Assembly: GCA_965112735.1 (NCBI GenBank)
Contig: OZ218957.1
Location: 3,596,001 to 3,660,000 of the forward strand
Source of the DNA: Phaeosaccion multiseriatum
Taxonomy: Eukaryota; Protista; Ochrophyta, other classes
Direction of reading: 5' to 3'
DNA: 64,000 nt
The notes under the pieces are model-generated. The model was not told the DNA's origin, searched no databases, and saw only the letters and a list, made by a program, of their open reading frames with translations. This document shows positions 10,222 to 24,784 of the stretch, piece after piece; the first letter of the stretch is position 1; the number at the start of each line of letters is the position of its first letter. The position numbers were made by a program, and so were the translations under genes.

Positions 10222-13200
10222 TTGTCTGAGTATGTGTGTATTTGTCTGAGTATGTGTCGGTGTGTGTTTGTCTGAGTATGTGTATGTGTGTATTTGTCTG
10301 AGTATGTGTATGTGTGTATTTGTCTGAGTATGTGTGTGTGTGTGGGTTGTGTATGTGTGTAACCCCCCCCCCCCCCCCGCCATCGTGCGGTAACATCACC
10401 CCCCCTTCCCCCTCCCTCCTATCGAAGGGCAACATCCGCGTCATGGCCCGCGTGCGTCCCCTTGTGGAGGCGGAGCGGCGCTCTGGACAAGCCAAGGAGG
10501 TGATGGACTTCCCCTCGGAGGAGGACGTTGTTGTTCACAGGGATGAGGCCACCAAGAGCAAGTTCGAGTTCGACAGGTGGGTAGGGGAGGGCAGTCAGAT
10601 GGCAGCCGATGGAGGGCTGATTGCGTGTGGCGGGCCAGCTGACCTCCTCCTCCTCCTGCTGCTGCTGCTGCTGCTACTGCTGCTACTGCGGGCCTTTGCC
10701 CTGCCTGTATCACCAACTGCGGCACTGCACTGCACTGCAGAGTGTTCACTCCTACATCGAAGCAGGAGGAGGTGTTCGCGAGCATCAAGCCCCTCATCAG
10801 CAGTGTGCTGCACGGCTACAATGTAAGTGTGGTGCATGTGTGTGCGTGCAGGGGCAGTCATACGGGCAGCGGTATTGCATGGGGCAGGGGCAGTGTGCCC
10901 TTGCGGTGCCTTAGCGGTGCTCCTTGTCGTCACCTCCCACCACCGCCTTCGTCGGGCTCAGCGTTCTCCTCTCCTCTCACTGTGTTACACTTGTCTTGTC
11001 GCCTCATGTCGTGTCGTGTCGTGTCGTGTTTGTCCCCTCCCTACCTACAAGGTGTGCATCTTCGCCTACGGACAGACCGGCTCAGGGAAGGTGAGTGACA
11101 ATTTCCCACGGACAGCGACAAGGGCCAAGGCATGGTGGCAAGCTCATTTCGCAGTACTAGTGAACTAGTGTACGAGTGATGCCCTGCCGTGCCTTACGAT
11201 TGTCCCCCTGTGTGTGTGTCTGTGCGCGCGCGTGTGTGTGTGTGTGTGCATATGTGTTTGCCGTCCGCTGCGATCCCGTGCTGCAGACCTTCACGATGGA
11301 GGGCTCGGAGGAGGACCCCGGGGTGAACGTCAGAGCCCTCACCAGCCTCTTCAAAGGAGCGCAGGAAGATCAGGACGACGTGGTGAGGGAGGGGGGAGGG
11401 GAGAGGCGTATGGGCAGAGAGAGGGAGACAAAGGGAGAGAGAGAGATGCCATGCGAGGGCGACGCTTCCCCCCATCTGTCGTACTGCCGCTGTACTGCCG
11501 CCGCACTCAGTGCCACTCACTCCCCCCCCTCTCCCTCCTTCTCCAATGACGTATTGAAAGGAGTACTCATTCACCATCAGCATGATGGAGATCTACAATG
11601 AAACCGTCAGGGACCTGCTGGTGCCCGGGGGGACCACCGGTGAGTGGGGGTCGTGCTTGGGTCCCCAGCGAGGGCATGCTTAGGCCTGGGCTGAGGGAGA
11701 GGAGCTCCGGACCGTAAAGGGTGGTGCTGGAAGCAGATGGGTCGGAAAAGAAGCAGCCCGATATTGACGTGTTGACAAGAAGCTTGGCTTGATATTGACG
11801 TGTTGACAAGAAGCTTGGCTTGATATTGACGTGTTGACAAGAAGCTTGGCTTGATATTGACGTGTTGACAAGAAGCTTGGCTTGATATTGACGTGTTGAC
11901 GACGTGTTGACAAGAAGCTTGGCTTGATATTGACGTGTTGACAAGAAGCTTGGCTTGATATTGACGTGTTGACAAGAAGCTTGGCTTGATATTGACGTGT
12001 TGACAAGAAGCTTGGCTGATATTGACGTGTTGACAAGAAGCTTGGCTTGATATTGACGTGTTGACAAGAAGCTTGGCTTGATATTGACGTGTTGACAAGA
12101 AGCTTGGCTTGATATTGACGTGTTGACAAGAAGCTTTGGCTTGAGGCTTGATGTCACTCTCCAGAACCATCATTGCAATTTGTATCATGGTGGGGCTCTA
12201 CCCCCCCCCCCCCTCGACTCCCCGGGGCTCAATCGATGGCTCCTGACCCCTCCCTCCCTCCCCCTTCTTGCGTGTGTGTGCAGGAGAAAAGTTGGACATT
12301 CGGCAGTCACCCACGGGCACCGTCGTACCCGGCCTGACGGAGGTGAGTCTAACCGCTTCGAGACTTTGACGTCGACCTTGACGTCGACTTTGACGTCGGC
12401 TTTGACGTCGACTTTGACGTCGACTTTGGCATCGACTTTGACCTCGATTTTTGGAGTCGGGCTTGTTACGGGGACGAGGGAGACTGGATGTGTACCGCAG
12501 GTGTCTTCTCTGCTTGGCACTGTCTGCATCAATCTTGTTTGTGGCCCTCTGCTGCTGTTTTTGTTTCTGCCGACTCTGGACTCTTCCCTTCCCTTGCCAT
12601 GGAGGATGGACCACCTTCGCTTCCCTCCTGCATGATGTTGTGTTGTGTTGTGTTGCCGAGCCCCGACCCTCTCCGGCCTCCAATATCGATCCCAATATCG
12701 ATCCCAATATCGACATGCACACACTGTGGACGTGCCTCCACTCAGGTATCTGTGAGCAGCATCGAGGAGGTGAACGTGCAGCTGGAGCAGGGCCGCTCGG
12801 GAAGGGCCGTGGGCAGCCACGACATGAACGAGCACAGCAGCAGGAGCCACATGATCTTCAGGGTCATGGTCACAGGGGTCAACAGGTCGGTACTAAGTCA
12901 ATGGGTGGGGTGGGGGAGCTGTGTGTGTGGTTGGCCTGTGGCAACGCTTCCTCCCTTCCCCCCTATGCGATGATCCCCGCAGCGCCATCAGGTGCCATCG
13001 GGTTGATGGTTGGCACCGCCTCACCTCTGCTCTACCCCGCTCCGCGCCCTGCCCACCAACACGCTTCTATACCCTCAGACCGCAACAACCACCAGCATCC
13101 GCTCCACACTCTAACTAATCCATATGCCTCAAACATGCCCCTATGCTTCTACTGTGCCCATATGCCTACACAGACACAACAACACCAACATCCGCTCCAA

Positions 13201-14763
13201 GCTGCACCTCATCGATCTCGCAGGTAAATATTTCATCATCGCGGGCAGGCATATGGGCAGGCACATGAATATGAGCAGGCATATGGGCAAGCGTAAGGAT
13301 AGGAATATGGGTCGGCAGCACAGCACAGCACTCGTCCTTGCCCTGGGGGTGGAGCTGAAGCTTCAGCACCCCATGCAACTGTCCACCCAACACTCCATCC
13401 ATTGCCATCCCCTACGCCCCCCCCCCCTCAGGCAGCGAGCGTATCTCCAAGACCGATGCCACGGGAGACAGGCTCAAGGAGGCGCAGAACATCAACCGCT
13501 CCCTCTCGGCCCTCGGTGACGTCATCGCCGCCCTCTCTTCCTCCAAGAAGGGCGGGCACGTGCCCTACAGAAACAGCAAGTAAGTGCAGTAAGGCAGTGG
13601 AAGGAAGACAGATCACACATGACACACACACTCGATCGGAGGGAGGGGAATCCTCTTCGCCTCTCTCCCCCTCTCTCCTCTTCCCCTCTCCCCCTTCTCT
13701 CCCACTCTCCCCCTCTTCCTTTCTCTGCCCCCCCCCGTCCCCCTGTGTCCCCCCTCTGCCCCCCTACCCAAGCCTCTCTCGAGCTTGCCTCCCTATTGAC
13801 TGGCTGCCCCCCTCCCTCTGTGACTGCTCCGCCCCCCCCTCCCTTGCCCAGACTGACGTTTCTGCTGCAGGACTCCCTGTCGGGCAACAGCAAGGTCATG
13901 ATGTTCGTCAACGCATCCCCCGCGGAGTACAACGTCGGAGGTACGCAACACGCACCCACGCACGCACCCACGCACGCGCCCACGCACGCCCATCTGGCCT
14001 CCTGCTCTCCTCCTCCTCCTCCTCCTCTCCCTTGTCCTTCTCCTTCCTAACTGCACTGCTGCCGTACCACCAACTGCTGCACTGCAGAGACGGTGTGCTC
14101 TCTGACGTTTGCGTCGCGCTGCCGAGCCGTGGAGCTTGGAGGCGCAAAGAAGAACGTCGACAGCCTCGAAGTAGGCAAGGTCAGTTGGAGGCTTATGGGG
14201 AGGGAGGTGGAATGGGCTTGGGTGGAGGTGTATGAGCAGGGCCCCGCGGGTATCTTAAGTCATGGGGTGGCAGGGGGTGAGGCCTCAGGGCGTTTGGATG
14301 GCCGCCTGCGGAGAAGAGGGCAGGCAGGTACGGAACCTTCTCTCTTCTCTCTCCCCTCTCCCCTATCCTCACCTTGCCCCTCTGCCGTCCTGCCCGTACG
14401 CCTCCACCCACCACCCACCCACCCACCCACCCACCCAACCTATCCACCGCCACCCGCGCCCCCTCCCTTGGTTCCATCGACCATCGACAGTACCGACGGG
14501 CCATCGACAGTCTGCAGGCTCAGCTTGTGGCCGCCGGCATCACCCCCACCACTGGGCCTCCGTCCACACCGGGGGGAGGGGGAGGAGCATCGGCCACGGC
14601 CTCCCCGGGGGGCGCCGGCTCAGGCCCAAGCTCAAGCGGTAGCGCTAGTGGGAGCGGCGGTAGTGGCGGCGCGGCCACGGGCACCCCCACTCCGGGCATG
14701 ACGAGGAGAGGGAGCGGCAGCCTCACCCCGGGGGCCCCGGCGGGGAGGAAGACCCTCAAATGA
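5833..14763 (+). CDS. Kinesin-14 family (C-terminal motor) protein with long coiled-coil stalk, multi-exon
   Basis: Motifs across exons: [123 protein letters not shown] at 5833, TGA at 14761-14763. Confidence 0.93.
8759..9253 (+). repeat. Coding 45-nt (15-aa) tandem repeat [15 protein letters not shown], 11 copies, in the kinesin stalk exon
   Basis: Seen in ORF 8232..9377. Confidence 0.9.
11760..12141. repeat. Intronic 31-bp minisatellite (gatattgacgtgttgacaagaagcttggctt), ~12 copies
   Basis: Direct inspection. Lies between kinesin exons [11 protein letters not shown] and EKLDIRQ. Confidence 0.95.
12363..12445. repeat. Intronic 12-bp repeat (actttgacgtcg), ~7 copies
   Basis: Direct inspection. 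Confidence 0.85.
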
Positions 14764-15240
14764 TCAATAGCCCCCCCCCCCCCCCGAGTAGCCGAGTAGC
14801 CTCCCACACGCCCCTCCTCCTCCTCCCCATATGCGCTGCCTGCTGCTGCCTGCCTCTGCCTGTTTTTCGGGCTGTGAGTATGGCGGACAGACGACAAGGA
14901 GGGAAGAGAAGGGAGGTGCGGAGGCCACATCGTGGGAAGGAAGGAAGGAAGGAAGGAAGCGACGGATCTTCCATCTTCGACCATCTTCCTCCCCTCACTT
15001 TTCTGCTCTTGCTCTTCCGCTTCGAGTCCAGTCGGAGTGATGTTCCACAAAAAGAGTTCGAAAAAAAAAAACAAAAAAAAACACCGCTCACCGCTCACCA
15101 GTTGCGCTCACAGCGAAAGTGCTTGCATGAAACTGAAACTGAAACCGTTCACCGACCCTGAATAGAGAGAAAAACAGCAAAACAAACTTAACCTTTAAGC
15201 TTTAAGCTTTAGTTTTACACGAGATAGAAAGAGAGGCACG

Positions 15241-17132
15241 ATGGGAGACTTGGAGGACCGAATCCTGAAGAAGAACATCCCCGGCAAGTACAGCTGGTGG
15301 GAGAAGGATGCGGATGAGGGGCCCGGCGGGCGGACAGACTGGATCGACCCCGACGCTTCGGATGATGAGGCAGAGATGACTGAGATGGACAAGCAGAGGA
15401 AGTTCGTGGAGGCAGACGTGCCGGATCCGGTGCGGAGGAGTATCATGGCGGGGGAGGTAGAGCGGCAGCGGGCGACGTCGTCCAAGACCGGCGTGAAGGG
15501 CGTGCTCAACGACTACCACGTGAGTGAGGGAGGAAGGGGGAGGATTGCTCATTGACGGTCCTTGTGGTACTCCCATCTTGTACTCTGCTACTATTGATGA
15601 TTGCTTCAGCTGCATCGAGTCCTGCGTCATGTTCTTATTAGGTCCCCCAATCCCTTGTCTCGACCTGCCTCTGTGCACGTCATGACCGTGTTCTTCCTCC
15701 TCCTCCTGCTCCTCCTCCTCCTCCTCCTGCTGCTGCTGCTGCTGCTGCTCCTCCTTCTTCTCCTCCTCCTCCTTCTTCTCCTCCTCATCCTCCTTCTCCT
15801 CCTCCTCCTCCTCCTTCTTCTTCTTCTTCTTCTTCTTCTTCTTCTTCTTCTTCTTCTTCTTCTTCTTCTTCTTCTTCTTCTTCTTCTTCTTCTTCTTCTT
15901 CTTCTTCTTCTTCTTCTTCTTCTTCTTCTTCTTCTCCCCCCCCCGTAGGACTGGAGCGAAATGATGCAGGCCCAAGACTCGATGGAGGCGGACCACCGCG
16001 CCGCGCTGCTGAAGCTCATGGTGGAGGGCGCCAAAAGAGAACCCGACGTGTTCAAGCCCAAGACTCAGGCAGACATCGAGGCCGAGGGACAGGGCAGCGG
16101 GGAGGACGGGGAGGACGGGGAGGACGACGCGGACTTCCTGCGGGACTTCCGTGCGGCCCGATTGGAGCAGATGAAGGCCTCTGCAGGCAGGCCGCGCTTC
16201 GGGGACATCAGGGAGGTGACGAGGTCGGAGTTCGTGGCGGCGGTGGACGAGTGCGACCCCCGCACCTTCGTGGTGGTGCACCTCTACGAGCCTTACATCA
16301 AGCTCTGCCAGAAGTGAGTAGGGCAGACAGTGGGGTACAACTGGGTGCTCTGCCGGAGTGAGTAGGGATGGCAGTGGATGGGAAGGAAGGGGGTTCTCCC
16401 TTCCCCTGCTGCACACGGATGGAAGGAGCTGTGCCTGCCTTTCCACGGCGACACGAAGAAAGCGCCCTCGAGCAACACAGCACTGACACAGCACTGACAC
16501 AGCATTGACACAGCACTGACACAGCACTGACACAGCACTGACACAGCACTGACACAGCACTGACACAGCACTGACACAGCACTGACACAGCACTGACACA
16601 GCACTGGCTCTCTCACTCTCTTCGCCGCCATCCTCTCTCTCTCTTTCTCCGTCTCTTGTGTGTTCTTCCTCGCGCTGTCTTTGTGTCTTTCCCTCTCTCT
16701 CTTTTTCCGTCTCTCTTCTCTCCCTCCCCCCTCACTTCCCTCCCTCCCTCCCTCCCCCTCCCCTCTCCCCTCCACAGAATGAACCGTTACCTTGAGCAGC
16801 TGGCCAAGGAGCACACCTCCGTCAAATTCCTGCGGTTACAGAGCACTAAAGCAGACGGAGACTACGACCCCATCGCCCTCCCCACCCTCCTCCTCTACAG
16901 AGACAAGCAAGTGGTGGAGGTGCTCACACGAGTCACAGATGACATCGGAGGGGACATGTTCACGAAGGATGATGTAGATTGGCTGCTGCAGGAGAAGGAA
17001 GTGTTCGAGGCGGTGGGAGGTGTCAGGACAGGGGCGGTGGGGGGCGGGCTGGCGAGGTACGAGCAGAATAGGGCGGAGGACAGCGGAGACGATGCTGGCG
17101 ACGACGTGGAGGAGTACGAGGGATACAGCTGA
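15241..17132 (+). CDS. Phosducin-like protein (PhLP1 type)
   Basis: Exons 15241-15519, 15949-16313 and 16778-17132. Has the TGVKGVLNDY motif and a thioredoxin-like C-domain (VVVHLYEP...C..MN..LE.LAKEH..VKF....ALPTLLLY). Confidence 0.9.
15690..15935. repeat. (CCT)n/(CTT)n intronic microsatellite
   Basis: Direct inspection. Confidence 0.95.
16475..16606. repeat. Intronic 11-bp minisatellite (acacagcactg) x12
   Basis: Direct inspection. Confidence 0.95.
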
Positions 17133-17559
17133 GACGGAAGTGGGAGGGCTACAAGAAAGAGGGGGATGGGGGAGGCAGTTATAGAGGAGGCGATGCGACG
17201 AGGGAGGGAGAGAGACTGACAGACTGACCGACAGGCGGATCGAGACAGAGACACACAAGGAGGAAGCGCTTCCTCTCGCTCAGCCGCTGGCCGCAACAGC
17301 TCTGTGAAGGATGTGACACCCCTGCTGCTGTATCACCAACTGCTGCCGCTCGCTGGCTACGACCTGCGCTTGTACTGGACTGGTCATTCACCCGTTTGAC
17401 CTATTTGAGTGCCCGCGTACCCGTTGTACATGTGTATTGGCTATGGCCACAGCTGATGGCTATGGCCATAGCCGAACCCCTCAATGGTACCCGCCCGCAA
17501 GGCAGTCAGCTGCACGCTGCAGCGGAGAGCGACGGTGGAGGGGTCTGACAGCAGTCCGA

Positions 17560-17667
17560 AAGAGAGAGAGAGAGAGACGGAGAGAGAGAGAGACAGAGAG
17601 AGAGAGGGAGACAGAGAGAGAGAGAGGGAGCCAGAGAGAGACAGAGAGAGAGAGAGAGAGAAAGAGG

Positions 17668-17705
<38 letters not shown>

Positions 17706-17716
17706 CAGAGAGAGAG
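17560..17716. repeat. (GA)n-rich microsatellite
   Basis: Direct inspection. Confidence 0.9.
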
Positions 17717-18232
17717 GCGCTCTGTGGACTCTTTTTGTCTCTGGGTGTGCACGATTGCGTCTGTGTGTGCGGCCCTCCCCCGACGGCTGATGAACAGATG
17801 GCAGTGGAAGGTGCCGTGTGGGGGCGTGCGCCAAGGCAGAGAGGCGCACTGTCTACCCCCCGGGGTCAGGGGAGGCCCGCGTCAGTGCGTTACAGTGCCG
17901 TGACGTGCCGTCACAGTGCGTTACAGTGCCGTGACATGCCGTCGCAGTGGAGGGGGTCTACAACAGCTCCCCTCACTCACTCGTTACTCGCGGCAGGGGC
18001 ACGGCTGTGCAGTCTCGAGCAGGGGCGGGGCAGAGACGGCCTCCCTTAAGGATAGGGGAGATGGTAGACCGTCCACTGCCATCCTCGACCAGGCATGCAC
18101 TTCACTTCGCTTTTTGCTGAGTGTATCTGATAAAAATATCCATGATAAAATATCCGTATCCCCCCGATCCTGTGCCTCTCTTGGCCCAGTGGGAGCATGT
18201 CCAACCTACAGCCTAGACTATTGAGTGCCCAG

Positions 18233-19932
18233 CTAGCGATCCCAGGTTCTGGGTGGGGATGGAGGGGGGCCTCCCAACAAGCTCCCCTCCACAATCTCAA
18301 TGCCGGCGTCAATGTCCTGCTGCATGGCCTTGCTGCCCTCCGTCATGTGCCACTCCTTCATGACCAGCATCATCATCTTCGCATCGTTTCTAGTGCGTAC
18401 GAGCTCCAGTCCGGGGTCCTTCTTGACATTCAGCGCCTCCAGCAGTTGGTCCTCCGCGTGTATGGCATCAAGTTCATGCTGCATCATGGCGCCAATGTCC
18501 TCCAGCTCGGCCCTCTTCCTCAGGCTCATGCGTTTGCCCTTGCCCCTGCCCTTCTCCTTATCCTTGTTTCCCCATCGCTCCAAGCTCACATCAGGCCCTG
18601 CCTCAAACAAGCGCTCGTGCCTCTCCACCCAGCCGTACTTGTTGTCCTCCTTGAACTTCTCCAACCACTTCTTCTTCCTCTCGGCGGCCAGCTGCTTCTC
18701 CGTCTTCGGCTTCACCTTCTTGGGCGCCTTCTTCTCTGCCTCTCTCCGCAGCCCCGGCACCGGCACACCCAGTACCTTCCTCCTCTTGTCCTTCTTCCTC
18801 CTCTGATTGGTGCCGGCGGGCTCTATCTTGAATCGCACCTCCTTCTCCACCACTCCTGTATCGAGGTCCTTCACCTCCCTCTCCTCCATGTTGACTTGCA
18901 CGTCCTTGCGGTCGAGCAGCTGGTACAGCATGCCGGGGAAGTCCGGGCGGACGATGCGCATCTGAAAGGGTGGCTTGGGGCTGCGCCAGAAGCGCGGGTA
19001 TGAGCGCCTGTGCCACGTGCCTATACCCTTCTGGTTGAGCACACACACCCATCTGAGCACGCAATGGGTGGAGGTGGATGGCGGGGGCGGGGCGGGGAAG
19101 GGGATGAGCGGAAAGCTCCGGGTGGAGGCAGTTCGGCCGCACCACGCACGCACGCACGCACGCACGCTAGGGGGGGGGGACTCTCTACAGGGGAGAGGGA
19201 AGCTCGGCTTGTGACTCATCCCTACACTCACTGGTACTTGTAGTCCTTGAATCGCTTCTTCTTCCGCTCAAGGTCCTTCCGGCTCGTGGGCCCGTTTTCA
19301 AACACCTGATGAAGAGTTGGTTGGTGCAAGCAAGCAGTACACGAGGAACGTCAGTTCACAGCAGGTAGTACTGGCACAGCAGCAGGTGGGACCCACTGCA
19401 AGCACGAGGGGCGCATCCGACTGAGAGCGGTGGCAGCGAATGCTGGGGCTGGGGCTGGGGCTGGACCTGACCCTCCACGAAACCCACCCCTCTGCCTGTC
19501 TGCCGGTCTGACTGTCAGTTTGTTACGCAGCGAGGGAGCCAAAGGGCAAGCTCCCCCAAGCAGAGGGCGCCACAGAGGGCGCCACCCAGCCGCAGCCCTC
19601 CTCTTGCCCCCCCTCGGCCCCTCAGCCCTTCTGCTGCCCAACCTCTCAACCACCCTGTGTCTCACCTGCAGGGGACAGGGCGGGTAGGCCTCCAGGAACT
19701 TGGCAATCTCCGCCACTTCCATGTTTCTTGTCTTCTTCTTGTTCCTATAGTACTCGCTGTACTCTTTGTAGTTCTTCGCCTTGTCCCACAGATCGGCCGT
19801 CAAGTCCCGCAGCCCCCCGGCAAACCCCTCAGTCTTCTTGGCCTGTACTGTGTCCAGCGTGCCCAGCAGCACCAGCATGACGGCTGCAGCCAGCAATGTG
19901 CTCAGGCCCAAAGCCATTTTGAGGCGCGGCAT
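18233..19932 (-). CDS. Hypothetical Lys/Arg-rich protein with N-terminal signal peptide, 3 exons
   Basis: Phase-consistent exons 19932-19666, 19305-19232 and 19052-18233. Hydrophobic N-terminus MALGLSTLLAAAVMLVLLGTLDTVQA. Confidence 0.75.
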
Positions 19933-20181
19933 CCTCCTGCGCCCCCCCCAACCCTCCTCAGCCCTTCAGGGGGAGAAACAGAGCAGCAACACAGCAGCAG
20001 AAGAAGAAGCGGCAGCAGCGATAGTCACGACAAGGAACCACCGGAGGGGAGGGGGGAAGTACGCGGGGTCGAGCATGAGGTGGCCCGGGCCCAAGCAATG
20101 TGTGTGGCATCGGCTGCCTTCCTTCCCCCTCGAATAATGCGAATCGCGAATGTAAAAAACAAAATCGTCATCATTATTGCA

Positions 20182-22175
20182 ATGCCGCCTCAGGATATGG
20201 CGGGGGGTGGGGACGCAGGGGATGAGGTCCTTGAGACACCCCTGTCTGTCGCGGAGGAGCGCATCCGTGCCACCGGCCGAGAGATGAGCTTGGTCTCCCC
20301 GGACACATCACTTCCCAAACACTGCTGGGCTCGCAGACTCGATGAGCCGCTGCCCTCCCGCGACGTGCATAAGCCCGCTCGGCCGCCCCTCAAAGAAGCC
20401 CTCTCGCTCCTCCCGGTGCGTGAAGTGGAGGGGGGCAAGGACTTGCTGTGGTGGAAAGGGCCACAGCCCCCTCCGTACGAAGGCCTTGCGCCCTGCACTC
20501 TCTCTCTCAGCTCTCTCGCCTGTCTGCTCTCTCACTGGCCTGCTCTCTGCTCCCTCGCCCCCTCTTCCCCCTCTTCCCCCCTCGTATCACCAACTGCCTC
20601 AGGTCGCTCTGCGCGTTGCCAAGTATCTAAACCGCGAGAAGAAAGGAGGCAGGGATCCTATTCTTGATATAGACCTGCCCCTCATGAAGCCCCCGGGTCA
20701 GTGCCTAGCCGCCGAGTTGGGTAGTCAGTCAGTAGGAAGTCAGTCAAGCAGTTCGTCAAGCAGTCAATCACTCAGTCAGTGAGTCAGTCAGGGAGTCAGT
20801 CAGTGAGTCAATCAGTCAGGTAGTCAGTCATTCAGTCAGTCGGTCAGTCCGTCAGTCAATCAGACAGTCAATCAGACAGTCAATCAGACAGTCAATCAAT
20901 CAGTCAGTTAGACAAGGAGAGGTCGAATTCCCCACCAAGCACAATTCCTTTCTCGTTTGCGTACCATTGCACCGCGCCACTCGTGAAGCTTACGCCCTCC
21001 CCTCCCCTCCCTCCCTCCGCTCTCTGCCCACCCTCAGACCCCGGGCCGTACGCCGGCGTGCCGCTGGGCGGCATGGGGGGGGGCTGCATCGGCCGGGGCT
21101 TCCGTGGGGACTTCCGCCGGTGGAACTTGTGGCCCGGCAGGTACATGTAGCGTGAGCGTGTCGTAGGCGTATCGTGAGCTATTGCCGTGTATGCCCTGTA
21201 TGGCCGTCAAAGCCGATCGATACCTTCAATACGCCCCTGCCCCTACCTATAATTTCCCCCTCCCTCCCTCCCTCCCTCCCTCCCTCCCTCCGTTCCTCCC
21301 TCCAGGTACCGGAGCTGCCCCGTTGCGGCGGATCAGTTCAGCGTGCGCGCCAGAGTCGTGCCTGCTCCTCCTGCCCCCGCCCCTGCGCCCCCCGTAGGAC
21401 ACCCCCCCCCCCCGCCCGCCGCCCAGGTGCTGTCCGTGGAGACCTCGCCCCCCGGGGAAGACGCTATTCCCCCGGGGGGCGCTTGCGGTGGCCTCTCATC
21501 TTGGAAGTGGGGCCTCCCCCCCAAGCAGGCCTACTCCGCGGCACTGTACCCACGGGCCTGGAGCGCGTACGACTCTCCAGTACCCGGTGTGCGCTTGGCG
21601 TGTCGGCAAGTATCGCCCGTGTTCCCTCACGAGTATCGCGAGACGTCTCTGCCGGTGAGCGTCTTTGTATGGACTGTGCACAACTCGAGTACCGAGTGTC
21701 AGGAGGTCAGCCTCATGTTCTCTCTGCAGAGTGGGGCGGGGGTGGCCAATGACGCGGCGGGTGGGCATGTGAATCGGCCCTTCGTGTGGAGGGAGGGGGA
21801 TGGGGATGGCAGTGGACGGGGCAGCGGCGGCGGCAAGAGAAGGAGGAGGAGACGCGGACAAGACGAGCGCGGAGGGGCGGCAGCAGAGGAGGGGGAGGGG
21901 GATGGTGTGAGGGGGGCGGAGCGGGCGTATAGCCACATCGAAGGAGTGGAGATGCGCTACATTCATCGCTCCTCCAAGGTGTACGAGACGGATGAGGAGG
22001 CGGAGGTGAAAGAGAGAGGAGAGAGAGGGAGCTTCAGCTTAGGATCCTCCCGCACCACGCGCCCAAACGCCCCGAGTAAGACCAAGGGGAAGGGCAAGGC
22101 GAAGGACAAGAGGGAGGCCTTTGAGGACTCTCTCACCTTCGCCATCGCGGGCGGGGTGCCGGTGAGGGCACAAGA

Positions 22176-22207
<32 letters not shown>

Positions 22208-24267
22208 ACGGAAGTGGCGCCCCGGAGCTCAGCTGCTGCTCCTCCTTTCGGGCGAGCAGCGCATCTCTCCCCACGCGGGACAGTGGCAACGGCATGTCAT
22301 GTCGACGCGGAGACCGAGAGGGGAGGGTAGACGCGTGCACGGGGAGAAGGAGGAAGAGAGATGTCGCCAAACACCACTTGAAGAAGGGCATCGCGGGCAT
22401 ACGGGCCAAGCCAAAGAAGGGGCAAAGGGGGCGGGGGAAGGAAGGAAAGACAGAAGACGAGCTGGGCAGCTCTGCGACTCCGACCGAACCGTCCGGAGAG
22501 AGGGGGGGGGGAGGGACATCACGAGGCAGGGAGGACAGCGGGGAGGGCGGAGGGGAGGGCGGAGGGGAGAGAGAGGGGAGAGAAGGGAGAGAAGGGATAG
22601 AGGGGGGAGAGGGGGGAGAGGGGAGAGAGGGGAGAGAGGGGAGAGAGGGGAGAGAGGGGGGAGAGGGGGGAGAGGGGAGAGAGGGGAGAGAGGTCGGTCC
22701 CGCGAGGGTGGCGGCGGCGCACGTGTGGAGAAGCTTCGTGGAGAGGGGGTGCCTCGATGAGGCCTATAAACAGCGGGGGGGGAGGGGGGGGAGGAGAACT
22801 GTCCGTCATAGTCTTGTCGATGGGGAGGAGCGGGAGGAAGAGGGAGACGAAAGGGAAGAGAGGGAGGAGAACGGGGGGGAGGAAGAGGAGGAGGAAGAAG
22901 AAGGCTACGACTGCTCCTATCCCACACCCCCCTCTTGTCCCTCCGAGGCGGGCGAGACGGTGGCCGGGGCGGTGTGTCAGAAGGTGACGCTCTTGCCCGG
23001 TCAGCAGCAAGAGATGGTGTTCGCTCTGAGCTGGGACATGCCGCTGGCGCGCTTCGGAGGGGGGTCAAGCCTGCCGAGGAGGTACACGCGCTTCTTCGGG
23101 AGGGAGGGCAGGGCGGCGCCAGCGCTGGCCAGGTGGGTGGGTGGGTGGGTGGGTGGGTGGGGTGTGAGTTGTTGTAAGCTCTGCTTGGAGCGTGTCCATG
23201 TCGAGATGGAAGTGCGGTATGGACTGAAACTCAAGCTTAAACTAACTGCCGACTGGCAGGTACGCGCTGGAGGAGTACCCGCGCTGGGAGCGCCTCATTG
23301 ACTTATGGCAGGGAAAGGTGCTGCGAAACACGCTCCTGCCGGCCTTCTACAGGTGAGTGGGTGGGGATGGGGCAATGATGAGAGGAGGGGTAGTGCAGTG
23401 CGAGTTTGCGCTTCTCGAGTCTCAGGACCGTGAGAGGAGGGGGGGCGGCGGTGTCTCGCGAGGCTCCCCGTCCTTCGCAGTGTGCTGCAGTGTGCTGCAC
23501 TGTGCTAGAGCCTGTGGACGGGGCGGGACGGCACTTCCTTCGCTCAGACGCGCCCCCCCCTCATGGCCCCGCTGCTCCTCCTGCCTCTTGTGTTGCCCAT
23601 CCTCCTCCGCCCCTTCTCGTGTTGCCCCTCCCCCTGTCCCCCTCCTCCTCCTCCTCCTCCTCCTCCTCCTCCTCCTCCTCCCCCTGTTTCCATCGCATAG
23701 ATACACGCTGTTCAATGAGCTCTACTTCGTAACGGATGGGGGCACTTTGTGGCTCGACAGCTCTGACGGACAAGCCAACCCTCTGCCGGACTGGGAGGGA
23801 CAGAGTGAGGGGAGGGGCAGTGGTGCCAAGGTACAAGCGCTGCCCAGTGCGGAGTGCAGGAGGCGGCGGAGAGAGCGTCTGCGGCCCAGGGGGGGAGGAG
23901 GGCCCAGGGGGGGGGTAAAAGATGGAGTTGAAGGTGGAGGGGCACAAGAGGAGACGCAAGGGGAGAGAGGACAGGACAATCGACAACACAACGGACACGA
24001 GGAGGGTGAAGAGGAGGACAGCACGTGCCACGGCTCCTCGCTGTGCATGGGGCAGTTCCTGTACTTGGAGGGGCACGAGTACCTCATGTACAACACTTTG
24101 GATGTGCACTTCTACGCCTCCTTCGCGCTGGCGCAGTGCTGGCCCATGCTACAGCTCGGTCTCATGCGGGATGTGGCCAAGGCTGTGGGCAGGGGGGACT
24201 CAGTCATGCGCACCTTGCTCGGGGAAGGGGACTTCCGACCGAGAAAGGTGTGTGTGTGTATGTGTGT

Positions 24268-24338
<71 letters not shown>

Positions 24339-24741
24339 TGTGTGTTTGGTTGGGTCTGTCCATCCCTCGCTCGTCGTGTTGTACCGCGCCCCCTCCGCCT
24401 TGCTTGCCTTGCTCACTCCTCCCCCTCGCCGCAACACCAACTCCCCCCCTAAGGTGGTTGGTGCGGTGCCTCACGACATGGGCACCCCGTCCGAGTGCCC
24501 CTTCTTCAAGCTCAACGCATACGTCTTTCAGGACGTGTCGCAGTGGAAGGACCTCGGCCCCAAGTTCGTCCTGCAGGTATAGATGGAGGAATGTACCTCC
24601 TCTCCGTCTCGCTCTCTCTTCCTCTCTCTCTCTCTCACATACACACGCTCTTTCTCCCTCTCCCTCTCTCTCCCCCTCTCCTTCTCTATGTCTCTCTCTC
24701 TCCCTCCCTCCGGCCCGGCACCTGCCTGCCTGCCTGCCTGT

Positions 24742-24784
<43 letters not shown>

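Noticed and set aside
11760-12141. CRISPR-like 31-bp repeat
   Set aside because: Head-to-tail tandem copies with no spacers, inside an intron.
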